From the human T2T-CHM13v2.0 reference genome, Homo sapiens: a stretch of DNA of 64,000 nt. Shown here one piece after another: positions 1-13,199 of the stretch (position 1 is its first letter; every line of letters begins with the position of its first letter). The position numbers and the translations under genes are program-made. The DNA lies in the NCBI RefSeq assembly GCF_009914755.1, contig NC_060929.1; one strand, written 5' to 3'. Below the pieces are notes generated by a model. It saw nothing but the letters and a program-made list of their open reading frames with translations. It did no database searches and was not told where the DNA came from.

Positions 1-2427
1 AGAAATATTTTCCTCCCCTTAGTTATTATTACAAAGACATTCAAATAATTAAATTAAGACAATGGGGAAATTGGAAACTCAATGAGAAAAATCTTTGAAA
101 ATATGTAATTGAAACTTAGAATGCAGAAACATATGTTTCTGGTGAGCTAAATAATCTTAGAGAAGGAGAATATCTTTGGACACTTTAGTGAGGTTCAAAG
201 CACAATCATACTTCAAGGTTATGTTTTTTAAGACAGAACCATCGGAATGAGCAGGTCCATCATAAGCTATTTTCTTCCTTATTATTCTACTCTTTCACGT
301 TGTAGGGCACAAAGCAAATGCTAGTTTTTAGACCTAAGACCTAGTTTCATCTCTTCTATTAATGGCCTGTGTCACTTAAAGAAATAACATAATTTTCTGA
401 GATATTTTGTCATTTGTAAAATAATAGAAATAAAACTAAGCCCTGGGACCTTCCATATCTTATGTATCATTTTGTGTGACAGTAGCAGATGAATTTTACT
501 ACTATGCAAGATTTTAAATGGATGTACAAGTAAAAAAAAAATCAATGAGATTTAGCTGATAGAGAAGCCAGTGTTCACTGTAGCTGGTCATAATTACAAA
601 AACAAATACACTTAGAAATACAAAAAAAATGGGTAAAGGATTCCTGTGATATTATGGAGTAAGCTTGACTACTAAAGCCAAATAACCTTAATGGGTAGTT
701 CAATCAGTTGCTGAGATGGCAGAAAAATATATATCTGACTATGTAAAGTTTAGCTGCAAAGATAGTCTCAGAAATCAATTGTTATTTCCTTTTCTTCTCT
801 TTACAAAGGTGAATTGATCTTTAACAGGATCTGGTTGACTAATACAGTTTACCAAAGCATGGATGCTTCACAGACATACTAGATAGTATTTGGGAGGCCA
901 TAATGCCTAAGGGCCTTAATGCTGAAACAGAGTAAAGTGAATTTTAGCCCTGGCACTTTCATTTTATAGCTTTGTGAACTCTCTGATGTTTATTTCACTT
1001 ATATATAAAATAAACATATAAAGGACTATCTCTGTGTGGAGAATTAAATGAGAAAAAGGCATGTACAATGCTTAACATAGTGGATGGGGTATAGTGCATG
1101 TTTAACAAATGTCTATTAACATTATTGCCATAATAAAGTTTAATAAAAAGAGTACTAAATTGGACTCCGTCATTGTGAATATTAATCCTGTTTTTGCCTT
1201 GCCAATTCCTACGTATGAGACATTAGGCAAATCTCTCCTCTTTTGATGACAGATTTGTACAGTGGAGACTTACTGAAAATTCTAATAATAAAATATCCCT
1301 GGCTATAAAAACCACTTAGAGTCTTTAAAAAATATGGACTGTCCAGGAACTCTCTGGTTTTATATAATAGAATTTTTAAGTGATTGCCCTAAGAATTTGT
1401 CATTTTAATAATCACCCATATTGCTAGTTATAAATCAATAAGGCTGGTAATCACTGCTGAAAAAATGAACAGTAACCTTCTTTCAAATTAAAAAACAACA
1501 GCTTGTTTTCTCCTTATCTTTATTATTAGAGATTGTGCTTTAAGGAATTTCCGGTTGTTATCCCATAAGTGTTGGCCATCATTGGAGATGGATTCCGCTA
1601 ACCCACACTCTCTCTCATTGCAGTGCTCTTGGGCTTATGTGTCAGAGGGATTGGGAAAGGAGTCCCATAGGAATGGCCACACATCAAAACTCAGCAGCCC
1701 ATTCCAAGACTGGATTGAGGGATTTTATTATTTAAGTATTTTAAACCACTGAACTAATTAGTCACACAAACTAAAATTACACATACAATATTAAGAGAAA
1801 GGAAAAGGGAGAGAAACAAGACTATATATATGGGATCTTTTCCCTTTTTAGGAATTTAGAGAGATGTAAAAGGAGAAATAAGTCACAAGAATGAATGAGT
1901 TGTTCCTTACCAGTTTATATTTGGGCCAAGTTTTAAAAGTTGAGCAATTTCAAACTCAAAGAACAAACTACAAGCTTAATCTCTTTCCCAACTGCCTGTG
2001 GCAAAGGCTTTTGGGAGGAACTGCATGAAATGAACCTTGAAATGTCAAAGGTAGAGGATACTTTCCAATTCAACTTCTCCACAGTGAGACCAGCGATGAT
2101 AAGGTCATTTTCGTAGTAAATTAGTGACTGGGCTAGGACTGTAACATGAATTTCCAGATCCTTAATCCATTTTTTTTCTACCCCACCCTAACCTCCAACA
2201 ATTGTTACCTCCTCATGGTTCATGTCTTTATATGACCTTCTTAAGAAGTGAGCAGATTAAAAAAAAAAAGAAGAAGAAGAAGAAAACAAAAACAAACAAA
2301 AAAAATACGATGACTTTTTAAGATAGCCAAGTACCAGGAGTAGATATTAGGAATTTCCTAATGTTGAAAATTTCACTTTTTGTACATCAATGAATTACAG
2401 TGTTTGAATGTTGTGCTTTTCTTTCAG

Positions 2428-2450
2428 GTGTCTTCAGTCAGGGAGGACAG
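2428..2450 (+). CDS. SPINK6: SPINK6 coding exon 2 (G-VFSQGGQ), phase 1 to phase 0
   Basis: Acceptor ttttctttcAG at 2426-2427, 23-nt exon GT GTC TTC AGT CAG GGA GGA CAG, donor GTcagt at 2451. Peptide matches the SPINK6 signal/mature junction as I recall it. Exon 1 not found in the window. Confidence 0.93.
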
Positions 2451-2719
2451 GTCAGTGCCTATTTTTATCTCTGCTTTCTGCCTGGGTGGTGCTTGGCTTG
2501 ATCTTCACTGGCCAAAAAGAAATTTGTCTATGGTTAACAGAGCAAAAACAATGAGCAGGCAAACCTTATGCAGACATCAGCAGAAATTATTATTCTTTAA
2601 CTAAACTCTTGTCAGTTTAAAAGAACCTAACCACACATTCTCATAATTTTTTAGGGAAGAATAAATATAAATAAAAAATAGGATGTATCTGGGATAAAAT
2701 TCATGCTCTATCATTGATT

Positions 2720-2885
2720 TCACTGTGTGATCTTGGGGAAGTTACTCAACTTCTCTGAGCTGCAAGTTCCACAACTATAGAAAAGGGATAATATTCACTT
2801 CATAGAATTGCAATTATATTTAAATTATTTAAACAATGTGAAAGTATTTGGCAAGCCATTAAAGGCTATATATGTATTAGTTATC
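2720..2885 (+). mobile_element. MIR SINE fragment
   Basis: MIR core: ctgtgtgatcttggggaagttactcaacttctctgagc...aaggggataataatt. Boundaries approximate. Confidence 0.65.
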
Positions 2886-3413
2886 GATTAAAAATTAACA
2901 TCCTCTGAAGAAGTTAGGATATAAGTTATTATTTCTTTTTCAGAAATAAGAACTGAAAGTAGATAAGAAACTAGTTTACTGCTCTGTAATGAGGATATAC
3001 AGACTGATTCACTCAAATTTTAATAATATTTGGTTTAAAAACTGGAATGAGCACAAGTTATCTTCATCATTGGATTTTTTTTTCCTCCAAATTAGTTCAC
3101 CAATGTCTTTCTATCTTTTTCATTTTAACTGTCAAAGGACAACACAAGTACTATTTGTTCTGCCAATCCTGTTCCTTTGTCCATATTAAGCATTTCTACT
3201 TGGTCTTGGCACTAGTTCTTGTTTAGCCTTGGCGTGCCTTGTTATACCTTTGACATGAAAATTTCTAGACACTACTGCTAACTAATTGGAGTTGGCAAAG
3301 CCATTGGAAATATTTTCCAACCCTGATATACCCACTGCATTATATAAGAATGTTAGTTTTTTAAATTTTAGCATCTCAGAAATTAGGATGCATCTTACAA
3401 ATGATGATGCATT

Positions 3414-3440
3414 TGTGTGTGTGTGTGTGTGTGTGTGTGT
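3414..3440. repeat. (TG)n microsatellite
   Basis: About 13 uninterrupted TG units. Confidence 0.95.
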
Positions 3441-3746
3441 ACATGCATGTGCACTTTAGGTGTATGTCTAACACATGCACACATGTGTGTTGGCATTGTC
3501 ATATGAAACTGTATACCTTCAAGTTGTATTATTATGTTTAAATAAGCATGATAGTATGGTCTATACTAAACATGAAAACAAACACACAAGGAAAGGACAT
3601 AACACCCAGCCAACACATTTCATATCTCATTAGGTAGTAAAATATAGTAAAACCATTACTCATAGAATTAAGAAATATGGAATTTAATCCTAGTTTTCTC
3701 ATTAACACACACGTTACTTCCCTTCTTTGAACGTTGATTTCTCAGA

Positions 3747-3944
3747 TTTTTTTTCTTACAAACAGAGGTTTTATTGCATTTGGTCCACAGACATATTTCA
3801 CATTATCTCATGGAGCAGGGCCCCTGGGTGGGGGTCCCTGCGTAGTACTTGGCGGGGTGTGTGGCTGGGAGAGATGGCAAAGTATAGCTGCTCAGGCCCA
3901 AAAAGGGAGAAGGAAGGCTGGGGTCTCCTTAAAACCTACTGAAG
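3747..3944 (-). pseudogene. Probable retrocopied mRNA 3' UTR fragment, parent unidentified
   Basis: Minus strand: GC-rich unique sequence, AATAAA (3770-3775), then an A8 tract (3747-3754) 15 nt later. No clear TSD. Confidence 0.5.
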
Positions 3945-4189
3945 GGCCGGGCACGGTGCCTCATGCCTGTAATCCCAGCACTTGGGGAGGCCGAGGTGGG
4001 CAGATCACCTGAGGCCAGGAGTTAGAGACCAGCCTGGCTAACATGGTGAAACCCCATCTCTACTAAAAATATAAAAATTAGCCAGGCGTGGTGGAGTACC
4101 TGCAGTCCCAGCTACTTGGGAGGCTGAGGCAGGAGAATCCCCTGAGCCCAGGAGGTGGAGGTGCAGTGAGCCAAGATTGTGCCACTGCA
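3945..4189 (+). mobile_element. AluS, 3'-truncated with no A-tail
   Basis: GGCCGGGCACGGTG start, left arm, A-rich linker; right arm ends abruptly at gccactgca. Confidence 0.93.
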
Positions 4190-4261
4190 GAGTGTTTTCT
4201 AAAGTTCATTTAAATTTTACTACTTACTGATTTTATGCTTTAGATGGGCCAAAGTCTTATA

Positions 4262-4400
4262 GTTTGCTTGCTTCATGATTACCTGGATTGCTTACTAAAT
4301 ATACAGATCCCCAGGCATCATGCAAGACATTGAATAATAATCAGAAAGGTAGGGAGTTTGAGTCTGCATTTTAAATAATTATCCAGATGACATTTATACA
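4262..4400. mobile_element. MER5-type hAT-Charlie DNA transposon relic
   Basis: attacctgga...aaatatacagatccccagg...tctgcattttaa...ccagatga is typical of MER5A. Boundaries approximate. Confidence 0.55.
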
Positions 4401-5946
4401 TAAGAAAACTGAGCATTTTTCCCTAGGTAAGAGGAGGCAAACTGTATTGGGAAGCATTGGCTCTGGAGTCAGATAATATAGATGAGTGGAGTCCTCATTC
4501 ATACTTACTTGCTGTATGACTTGAAAAATGTGGTTTCCCTTCTCATTGCCTTTGTTTCCACATTACTAAGATGAAGATTTGAATTCAATGATCTCTGAAG
4601 CCCCTTCCTGCCCTAACTGTCTGAATTGTTATCAACCAAGCCTGTCCTGCCAAGGCTGCTGTCTCTTCTCCACTCAAATATAAATGACAGGGAAGCTCCT
4701 ATACTTTTAAATGGTACTGAGGCTGCCATTTCTCTTTTGCATGCCTGGAGGGAGGGTGGAAGTTTCAATGCCAGCAGAAGACATTGAAACTATCATTAGG
4801 AGCATGCTTGCTCAAGTCTGATCCAGCCAGGACAAAAGGAAGTAAGATTTCCTCCAACACTGAAGTAATTCTTCTCATGCCAAGAATTCTCTACATGATG
4901 AGACAACTGATGGGAAATTATAGTTAGCAGTCTGAATTATGGACTTCAAAAAATATCACATTAATTTGAAAAGATTATTCAAGCTAAACAAAATCATGTT
5001 GCCAGACTTTTGGAAATCATATTCCAGTAAAATTTTCCCTGTAAATGTAAATGACTAATATGCTGACAACTCTTTAATTTGCCAAGGAGATAGATTAAAT
5101 GGCACAATAATAACAATAAGAGTAAAATAAAACTACTATTTGTCATCACTAGCGTTTCATTAAGTAATTTGTTGTATAGCGCCAAAATGTTTAAAAGACA
5201 CATTTTCAGAATAAAGATAGTCCTTTGACTGAATACATTTTGCTTTTTGAATCACTTACTGCATTGCCTTTAATATTTTTATATTTTCCTATCAGGCTCT
5301 GTATTTGGGAACCTTATCCTTAAAGAGCTGTTTAGATGAATAGTTCGAAATGAAATAACCAGAACAAGCCTTTTAAAAGCAATGATTGGCAACCATTTTC
5401 TGTTACAATACTTTTTGAAATACTTAAGTTTATTTTTGCTTGTATTTTAAGATAAGAATTGGTGAATTTTCATACAATTGGTAAAACAATGCTCCATGAC
5501 TCTAATGAGTTTGAAGTTTTTCATTTTTCCTAATTAGCTTGATTTTGCTTAAAATTAATATACTGACAAAATGTCTAAATAAAATTTGGAAATGTTATCT
5601 AGTACCTATAACTTAATTACAAATTGAAAAACTAAAGCCTCAGAAACGAGGTCTAGCTGACTTACATCTACCAACAGCAGTAAAGCTGCAAAGTCAACAC
5701 TTCAAGACTCCTGACTCCATCTGGAGTGAGCTTTCCGTGGCTGCATACTGTTTTTAATCAGCAATAGAGGGCCATTGTGTAGTGAATGTGAAAGAGCTTT
5801 GAGCAGTACAATTTCTTAAGCAAATATAAGGTAGTGATTACTATTCTCACTTAAGCAAATAATATGATAAGTATATTAGTTTCAAATAAGATAACTTGTG
5901 TCCACATGCAGGAAAGATTTGAAATTAGGAGGAAAATGAGGAAGAG

Positions 5947-7790
5947 ACCATGTTAAAATGTCTCACACAGTGAGTTTAGAGGCTATCTAAAATTAAAGGA
6001 GGAAGTATTTGTGCAAAAGTAGCTATTTCTCTCACCCAGCCGAAATTAAGGAGATAAAAACTTATTTTATTAGTCCAGACAAGAAATGTTGAGAACTGGT
6101 ATAGGCAGTAAATTTGGAACTGGCAAAGAAAATGAGGTAAAGCAATGCAGAAGGTAACACAAGGGAAAATAAATGGCAATGTTTCCATCTGAGGGAGGGT
6201 TGGAGAATCTAAAAAATGCTGCTATCATGAAAAATGGAAAAAATGGAAAAATGGAAAAAACAGAATACAAAACTAGTTTGAAAGAAAAGAGTTGTACTTT
6301 GCACATAAATGTCTTAAGTATGAATGAAATTGAGTAAAAGGTTTCATATATATGTATACATACACACGTACGTATGTATGTATACATACACACGTACGTA
6401 TGTATGTATACATACACACGTACGTATGTATGTATACATACACACGTACGTATGTATGTATGTACGCATGTACGCATGCACGCACGTATGTATGCATATA
6501 TGTATGTATATGTATGTATGCATATATGTATGCATGTTTACATGTATGTATGCACATATGTATGTATGTTTACATGTATTTCTGCATACATATGTATGTA
6601 TTTCTGCATGCATATGTATTTCTGCATGCATATGTATTTCTGCATGCATACGTATGTATTTCTGCATACATATATATGTATGTGTTTCTGCATACATATA
6701 TATGTATGTGTTTCTGCATACATATATATGTATGTGTTTCTGCATACATATATATGTATGTGTTTCTGCATACATATATATGTATGTGTTTCTGCATACA
6801 TATATATGTATGTGTTTCTGCATACATATATATGTATGTGTTTCTGCATACATATATATGTATGTGTTTCTGCATACATATATATGTATGTGTTTCTGCA
6901 TACATATATATGTATGTGTTTCTGCATACATATATATGTATGTGTTTCTGCATACATATATATGTATGTGTTTCTGCATACATATATATGTATGTATTTG
7001 ACCATTGAGAGTTAGAGTTTGAGATATTTATAAAAAATCTATGAAAAATATTCTGGGATTTTTCAGTACCATATGGGAAATTATATGTCATTAGGAAGAG
7101 AAAACCAAGTATATTAAACTATCTAGGAAATGACCATAATTAATATTCAGGAGTAAAAAAGAAAAGACAGCAAGAGAGAGAAGAAACAGACGACCAGAGA
7201 ACCAACATATAATGAAAGTCTGGAAAGAGTTTCAAAAAGGTTGGAGTGATCAAGAGTAGCATATGTCATGAGGAAATCATAAAAGTTTTAAAACAACCAA
7301 TAGATGTATTCTGTATTTTTGAAAGCAGTTTCAGTAGAGTAGAAAGGGGAGGGAAATAAGGGTGAGGGGAAGCCAAGCTTGGTAGCAATTAGGACAACAG
7401 ATATGGTAAAGAATGGAAATTATTTAACCACATAGGTAGTGTTTGTCAGTAATAGACAGAAGAGATGCCATTATATATCCCAAATCTATGTTTGTGTGAT
7501 TGCAAATTTTCATTGGTTTTATCTGTAAACCTAAAACACTAGACTTAAATATGAATAATCCTGAGTCTTTAGTTGACTTAATGACCATATAAGCTCAAAT
7601 TTCCAGAAGCAATTTGCACCTTCTCCAACCCCTGGGGCCCAGAGAGAGTGGTCCTCTCCTGCCCAGCCACCATATTAAAATGTCTCATAGAGTGAGTTTA
7701 GAAGGCTCTCTAAAATTAAAGGAGGAAGTATTTGGGTAAAAGTTGCTATTTCTCTTATCCAGCTGAAGTTAAGGACATAACAGCTTTATT
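5947..7790 (+). repeat. Dispersed ~120-bp direct repeat pair (5947-6068 and 7669-7790) in SPINK6 intron 2
   Basis: Both copies contain ttaaaatgtctca..agtgagtttaga..ctaaaattaaaggaggaagtattt..aaagt.gctatttctct; roughly 85% identical by eye. Confidence 0.85.
6346..6997. repeat. Compound purine-pyrimidine VNTR with two different 26-bp units
   Basis: About 4 copies of tatacatacacacgtacgtatgtatg, a transition zone, then about 13 copies of tttctgcatacatatatatgtatgtg. Explains the overlapping ORFs at 6070-7091. Confidence 0.95.
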
Positions 7791-8865
7791 TAAAACACAT
7801 CACTGAAAGTATTCATTGATAAATCTTGAACCATCAAAGCTAGAAGAGTCCCAGGATACCATTTAATCTCATGGTGTTGATGATTTTCTATGAGTTACAG
7901 AGATCTTTTAGAGCTACTGTAGTTAGCATAGACCTGTAATAAGGTTACTTTCTACACTCCTAACCCAGAACTATTTCAAATATTCTATATTAGTTCTCTA
8001 CAACTTTTATATGACCACATTTGTTCCTTATAAAAACCTTGGGAATCTGAAAATTAGGCATGACATGTGTTCCTTGTTGTTTCTTGGTTAAGAAAATTGA
8101 GGTGCAGGCATCGAGTCCGTTGTTCAAGATAACACAGACAGTCAATGGCGGAACAGGTTCTAAAACACGATTCTCAGCTTACTTCAGAGATCATTGAAGG
8201 CCACTAAAATTTAAGAGTATGATATTTATCTGTTCTATGGAAGTTTGTTCATATGCCACTTGATTGATTTGCTTTCATTTATTGAAATGCTTTGCTCTTC
8301 CTAGTCTTCTTCCACGGGGCAGAGGAAGAAAATACTTGGGTGTGGGTTCAGTTGTGCTAGGCTCAACTGAGATAATCTGTGTGAAAGTAGCTGGAATATT
8401 TTGAAGCAATTGATAAACACAAGACAGTATCATTTTAGACAGAGAGAAAGCAAGTTTCCTCTCTCCATATGTAAGTGTCACTTCATTCCACACAGATATA
8501 TTTGGAGGGGTTCAGCTTAACCTATTGCTTGTCATTACTCTTGAAATAATGGCTCAAATGTCATTTACACACCAAATATGGACTTAATTGACATTGTGTT
8601 GAAAACAATCTTAAAACTCCAGACTACTTTTGAAAAACAGCTATAGTTGAAAGGATATGTTAGTGGCAAAGGTGCTACCATTCCTACTATGGAGCCCATA
8701 ATAATAATTATTAATCAGTCATAACATATGTTCTCAACAATAGTGCAACCTTAGAATCATTTTAAACACAGCAACTTAGGCAGCCATTACTAAATGATTG
8801 TAGTAAGCACAAAAGTTCAAATTCCACAGACTCTGAAACAGGGTAAGGTAATAAAAAGACATAGA

Positions 8866-8970
8866 TGCACCTATAATCTTAGTGACTTGGAAGGCTGAGG
8901 TGGGAAGATGTCTTGAGGCCAAGAGTTTGAGACTAGCTAGGGCAACAGAGGAAGACTCTATCTCTAAAAT
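8866..8970 (+). mobile_element. Old Alu monomer (FLAM/AluJ-like fragment)
   Basis: cacctataatctt..ttggaaggctgaggtgggaag..cttgaggccaagagtttgagactagc..ggcaaca..gactctatctctaaaa. Confidence 0.75.
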
Positions 8971-9610
8971 ACATATTTTTTATATATATATATATAAAGT
9001 ATATATTTTATATATATAAAGTATATATTTTATATATATAAAGTATATATTTTATATAAGTATATATTTATATATTTATATAATATATATTATATATTAT
9101 ATAAATATATTTTATATAATATATAATATATATTTATATTATATATTATATATTATATATAATATAAATATATATATTTATATATTTATATAATATATAT
9201 TTTATATAAACTATATATTTATACAATATATAGTTTATATATTTTATATAAACTATATATTTATACATTTTATATAAAGTATATATTGTATATATTTATA
9301 TATTATATTATATATTTTATATATATAGCAACATAGCAAGACTATCTCTAAAGTATATATATTTAGTATATAAATATATATTTATAATATACATAAGTAG
9401 ATATATTTAGTATCTATATGCTTTAGAGATAAGAGTATATATGTACTTTAGAGATACACTTTATATATACATATCCTATATAGATTAGTTTATGTGTATA
9501 TAAGTGATATATTTAGTATCTATATACTTTAGAGATAGAGTATATATATACTTGATATACTTTATATATACATATCCTATATATATTAGTTTATGTGTAT
9601 ATACATAAAC
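8971..9610. repeat. Long (TA)-rich low-complexity expansion
   Basis: About 640 bp dominated by TA runs, with repeated submotifs. Confidence 0.92.
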
Positions 9611-9719
9611 ACATTAGAATTTTGTTTTCAAGAGCTTATGGATGGATATTGCATCCACAGGGAAAAGTAACAAGCATCAGGTGATGTCCAGTGCCCCTTG
9701 TAAGGTTCATCCATGTTTT

Positions 9720-10005
<286 letters not shown>

Positions 10006-10416
10006 CATCCATGTTTTGATAGCAATACAGGAGTACTGTTAGAGCACATTAATATGATGTTTAAAAAGTCGTTTCATGACCGAAAACCACTCTCAATTGG
10101 AATAGTTTAATGTTGGAGCAAAAAGTTTTACCCATATAGCATTTGACTACATCATTAATTTACTCCTGAATACAGTCTGTATTCCTTGTAATGAGTTTCC
10201 TGTGACTCAAAGAAAATGTCTCAAGTATATTTAATGTATTCTACTTAAGTAGGTAAGTAGAATACATCAGATAAGGAGAGCTATTTTATATTTCAGAATG
10301 CTTTATGTCACAACTATTTATATATGGTTTTTAAAGTTTGCTGTCTAAAGCTTCTGTTCTGAAGGATGGTCTCTTAGAATGCACTGATGTCAATGTCACT
10401 CTGCTTACTTTGGTAG

Positions 10417-10532
10417 GTTGACTGTGGTGAGTTCCAGGACACCAAGGTCTACTGCACTCGGGAATCTAACCCACACTGTGGCTCTGATGGCCAGACATAT
10501 GGCAATAAATGTGCCTTCTGTAAGGCCATAGT
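10417..10532 (+). CDS. SPINK6: SPINK6 coding exon 3, Kazal domain core [39 protein letters not shown]
   Basis: Acceptor ttggtAG at 10415-10416, 116-nt exon, donor GTaagt at 10533. Five Kazal cysteines with C-x7-C and CGSDGxTYxNxCxxC motifs; P1 Arg in CTRE. Confidence 0.97.
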
Positions 10533-11411
10533 GTAAGTATTATATTCATCAAAGCTGACCCTTGCAAACACAAACTTCCATAATAAGACTAAGACACTTT
10601 TTCGAGGTATTATAGAAAACACCCATACCTCCCCATAGAGACTGAAGAAACAAGCTTCAGGCAATTTGATTGAAAACAGATGGGTCAAAAGCAACAAAAA
10701 CATTACATACTAAATTATTTGAAGACATAATCTTAATCGCTTTGCTTTGTTATTATTAATTTTTATTGTCTTAGACAAGTTTTCAAAAACATTCACACAT
10801 CTTATACATTATAACTTATTATATTTAATAATTTTGATATGTTTTAATGTTTTCATTTGTTTCTAATTAGAATTTGCAATATCAATACATAATGAACATA
10901 TGTCTACACTTATATATAACACATCTGACTAATTAATACCAAACTTTTCTCAGGAGAAAGTCAGTGGTGTAATATGAGATTTGAATTAATAGATGCATAT
11001 TACTGAGAGGGCTTGAATGTGTCACCTGCTCTAAAATGTCAAACGCCTGAATATCTGTTTCAACTTCTTACATCTTCTGTCAGAAAAAAACTATAGTCCC
11101 TTTGTCATTATTTCTCCTGTGACCTCTACCTTTTTCAATGGTATACATATTTACTCTTGGAGAATGAGCAATTGGTACCAAAAAGTCTAAGACTTATGAT
11201 AACTCTGAAATTTGTTTAAGATTCATACTTTCCACAGCTAGGCCAGATGTAACCTCTGAGTGCATTTAATTAACATCTTCTGAATCATATAAATGGAATT
11301 TATAGAATCAAATAATTAAATGGACCATGCCATTGTTAAATATGTTTAGAACTTCTATGGTGAGTACTTACGATATTGCACTGAGTATATATTTGTCTTT
11401 CTTTTTTGTAG

Positions 11412-11457
11412 GAAAAGTGGTGGAAAGATTAGCCTAAAGCATCCTGGAAAATGCTGA
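11412..11457 (+). CDS. SPINK6: SPINK6 terminal coding exon (KSGGKISLKHPGKC-stop)
   Basis: Acceptor ttttttgtAG at 11410-11411; phase 2 matches exon 3; sixth Cys followed by TGA at 11455-11457. Confidence 0.96.
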
Positions 11458-11620
11458 GTTAAAGCCAATGTTTCTTGGTGACTTGCCAGCTTTTGCAGCC
11501 TTCTTTTCTCACTTCTGCTTATACTTTTGCTGGTGGATTCCTTTAATTCATAAAGACATACCTACTCTGCCTGGGTCTTGAGGAGTTCAATGTATGTCTA
11601 TTTCTCTTGATTCACTTGTC

Positions 11621-11626
11621 AATAAA
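11621..11626 (+). terminator. SPINK6: SPINK6 polyadenylation signal AATAAA
   Basis: AATAAA about 165 nt after the stop, followed by a GT/T-rich stretch (tgactgtgttcttacttt). Confidence 0.8.
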
Positions 11627-12389
11627 GTACATTCTGCAAAAGCATTGACTGTGTTCTTACTTTGAGATCAAGAAAATATATACATACAACAGAGAATAAT
11701 TGAACTGGGATAAACTTGGATCAAGAAACCTATTTTCCTGATCTAAGTTAACCATCCAGTCATTGTGAGATCATAGGAAAATCCCTTCCTTTCTCTTATT
11801 CTTAGAATCTCCATGTTTATAATGAAGGATTTTGACAACATGACCATATGCTATGCTTACAGTTACTTAAAATATCTAGCATTAATTAGATCACATAATA
11901 TTCATTCTTCCCAATTTCATAAAAAGCATGTTATATAAAAGAAAAATATTTGTTCTCTACAGGCCATTTTTTTAGGCATCTGGAATGGAAAATTTGGACT
12001 ATATAATTTCTAAAGACATACAGTGTATGGTTTTCTGTAGTAGCAGTATCATAAGGTATACCAGATATAATGTAACAAAATATACAATAAATGGTGAATA
12101 TTCAATAAAATCAGTCACTTGGCAAATAAAACAGCTGTAGTTAAAAGAAGACTGAAGGTTAAAGCACAGCTCTGTTGATAACAAGCTCAATCTCCATGTA
12201 GCTGCCTCAACCCTATGAAAATCCACAGTTTGATACATATATATCTTATTCTGAACATTCACATGGAAGTATTGAGAATTCTTTCTCTGAGTCGTTTCAT
12301 GTAGTAAAGCATGCTTTTATAAATAACACCTTACTGGGGAAACTCAGACAGAATACATCTCTAGCTGCAATGTAATAATCATCACTCCA

Positions 12390-12920
12390 GCAACAAATAT
12401 TTACTGGGGCCTACTCTGTGGTAGATTCTGTTCTAGGTGCCTTGGATACAGCGTGGATGGTAATGAGACGGGCCAATGACCCTTCAATATTTAATGAAGT
12501 TTAAATTCCAACAGGAAGAAATATACTAAAACAATAAATATAATAATAAATGGTATAATAAGATAGAAGGTTATAAGGGCTATTAGAAAAAAATAAGAAG
12601 AATATGTTAATATGGATAAAAAATACTTAGGGAAAGGTGGTAACCATTTGCAGTACTAAATCAGTTGGTTCCAGTAGTTTTTATTGGAAGACCCAGAGAT
12701 GAAGAAATTGGCCAAATACATATATTGGAGAAGAGCAAAAGGAGATGCTAAAAATAGCCATTAAGGTTGTGGAGCATGCCTGTTTTGTTCAAGGTTTAGC
12801 AAGGCATTGGTGACTGAAGAGGACTGACTAAATGGGCAAATAATAGAAGACGTAAAAGAGGAATGAGCCTGATTCGGGAAAGACTTTGTAGTTATTGTTA
12901 ATATTTTTTCTTTTACCTTG
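12390..12920 (-). mobile_element. L2 3' fragment
   Basis: caacaaatatttactggggcctactctgtg..gttctaggtgc is the antisense L2 3' end. Boundaries approximate. Confidence 0.6.
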
Positions 12921-13199
12921 ATGCATGAAATGTGTTTCTAACCATGCATATTAAGATTATATTTCTGATTTTAAAATCTCAAATATATTTTATGCACATG
13001 GATGTTACCCCTAATTGTACATAATTAAAGAAGACTGACCTGGCCAGACTGAGAGATGTATCCAATATCTAGATAAAGAGCCAGGGAATAGATTAGATTA
13101 TGCTAGAAAAACTATATGAGCATTCTGTTCCATGGTTAAAGATTATTCCCCTTGATGGGTAAGAATGAACACATAGTCTATTATTTGGGTACAGCATTG

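Noticed and set aside
6070-7091. Eight overlapping ORFs of 94-225 aa on both strands
   Set aside because: Translations of the stop-free 26-bp VNTR, with 26-aa periodicity; not genes.
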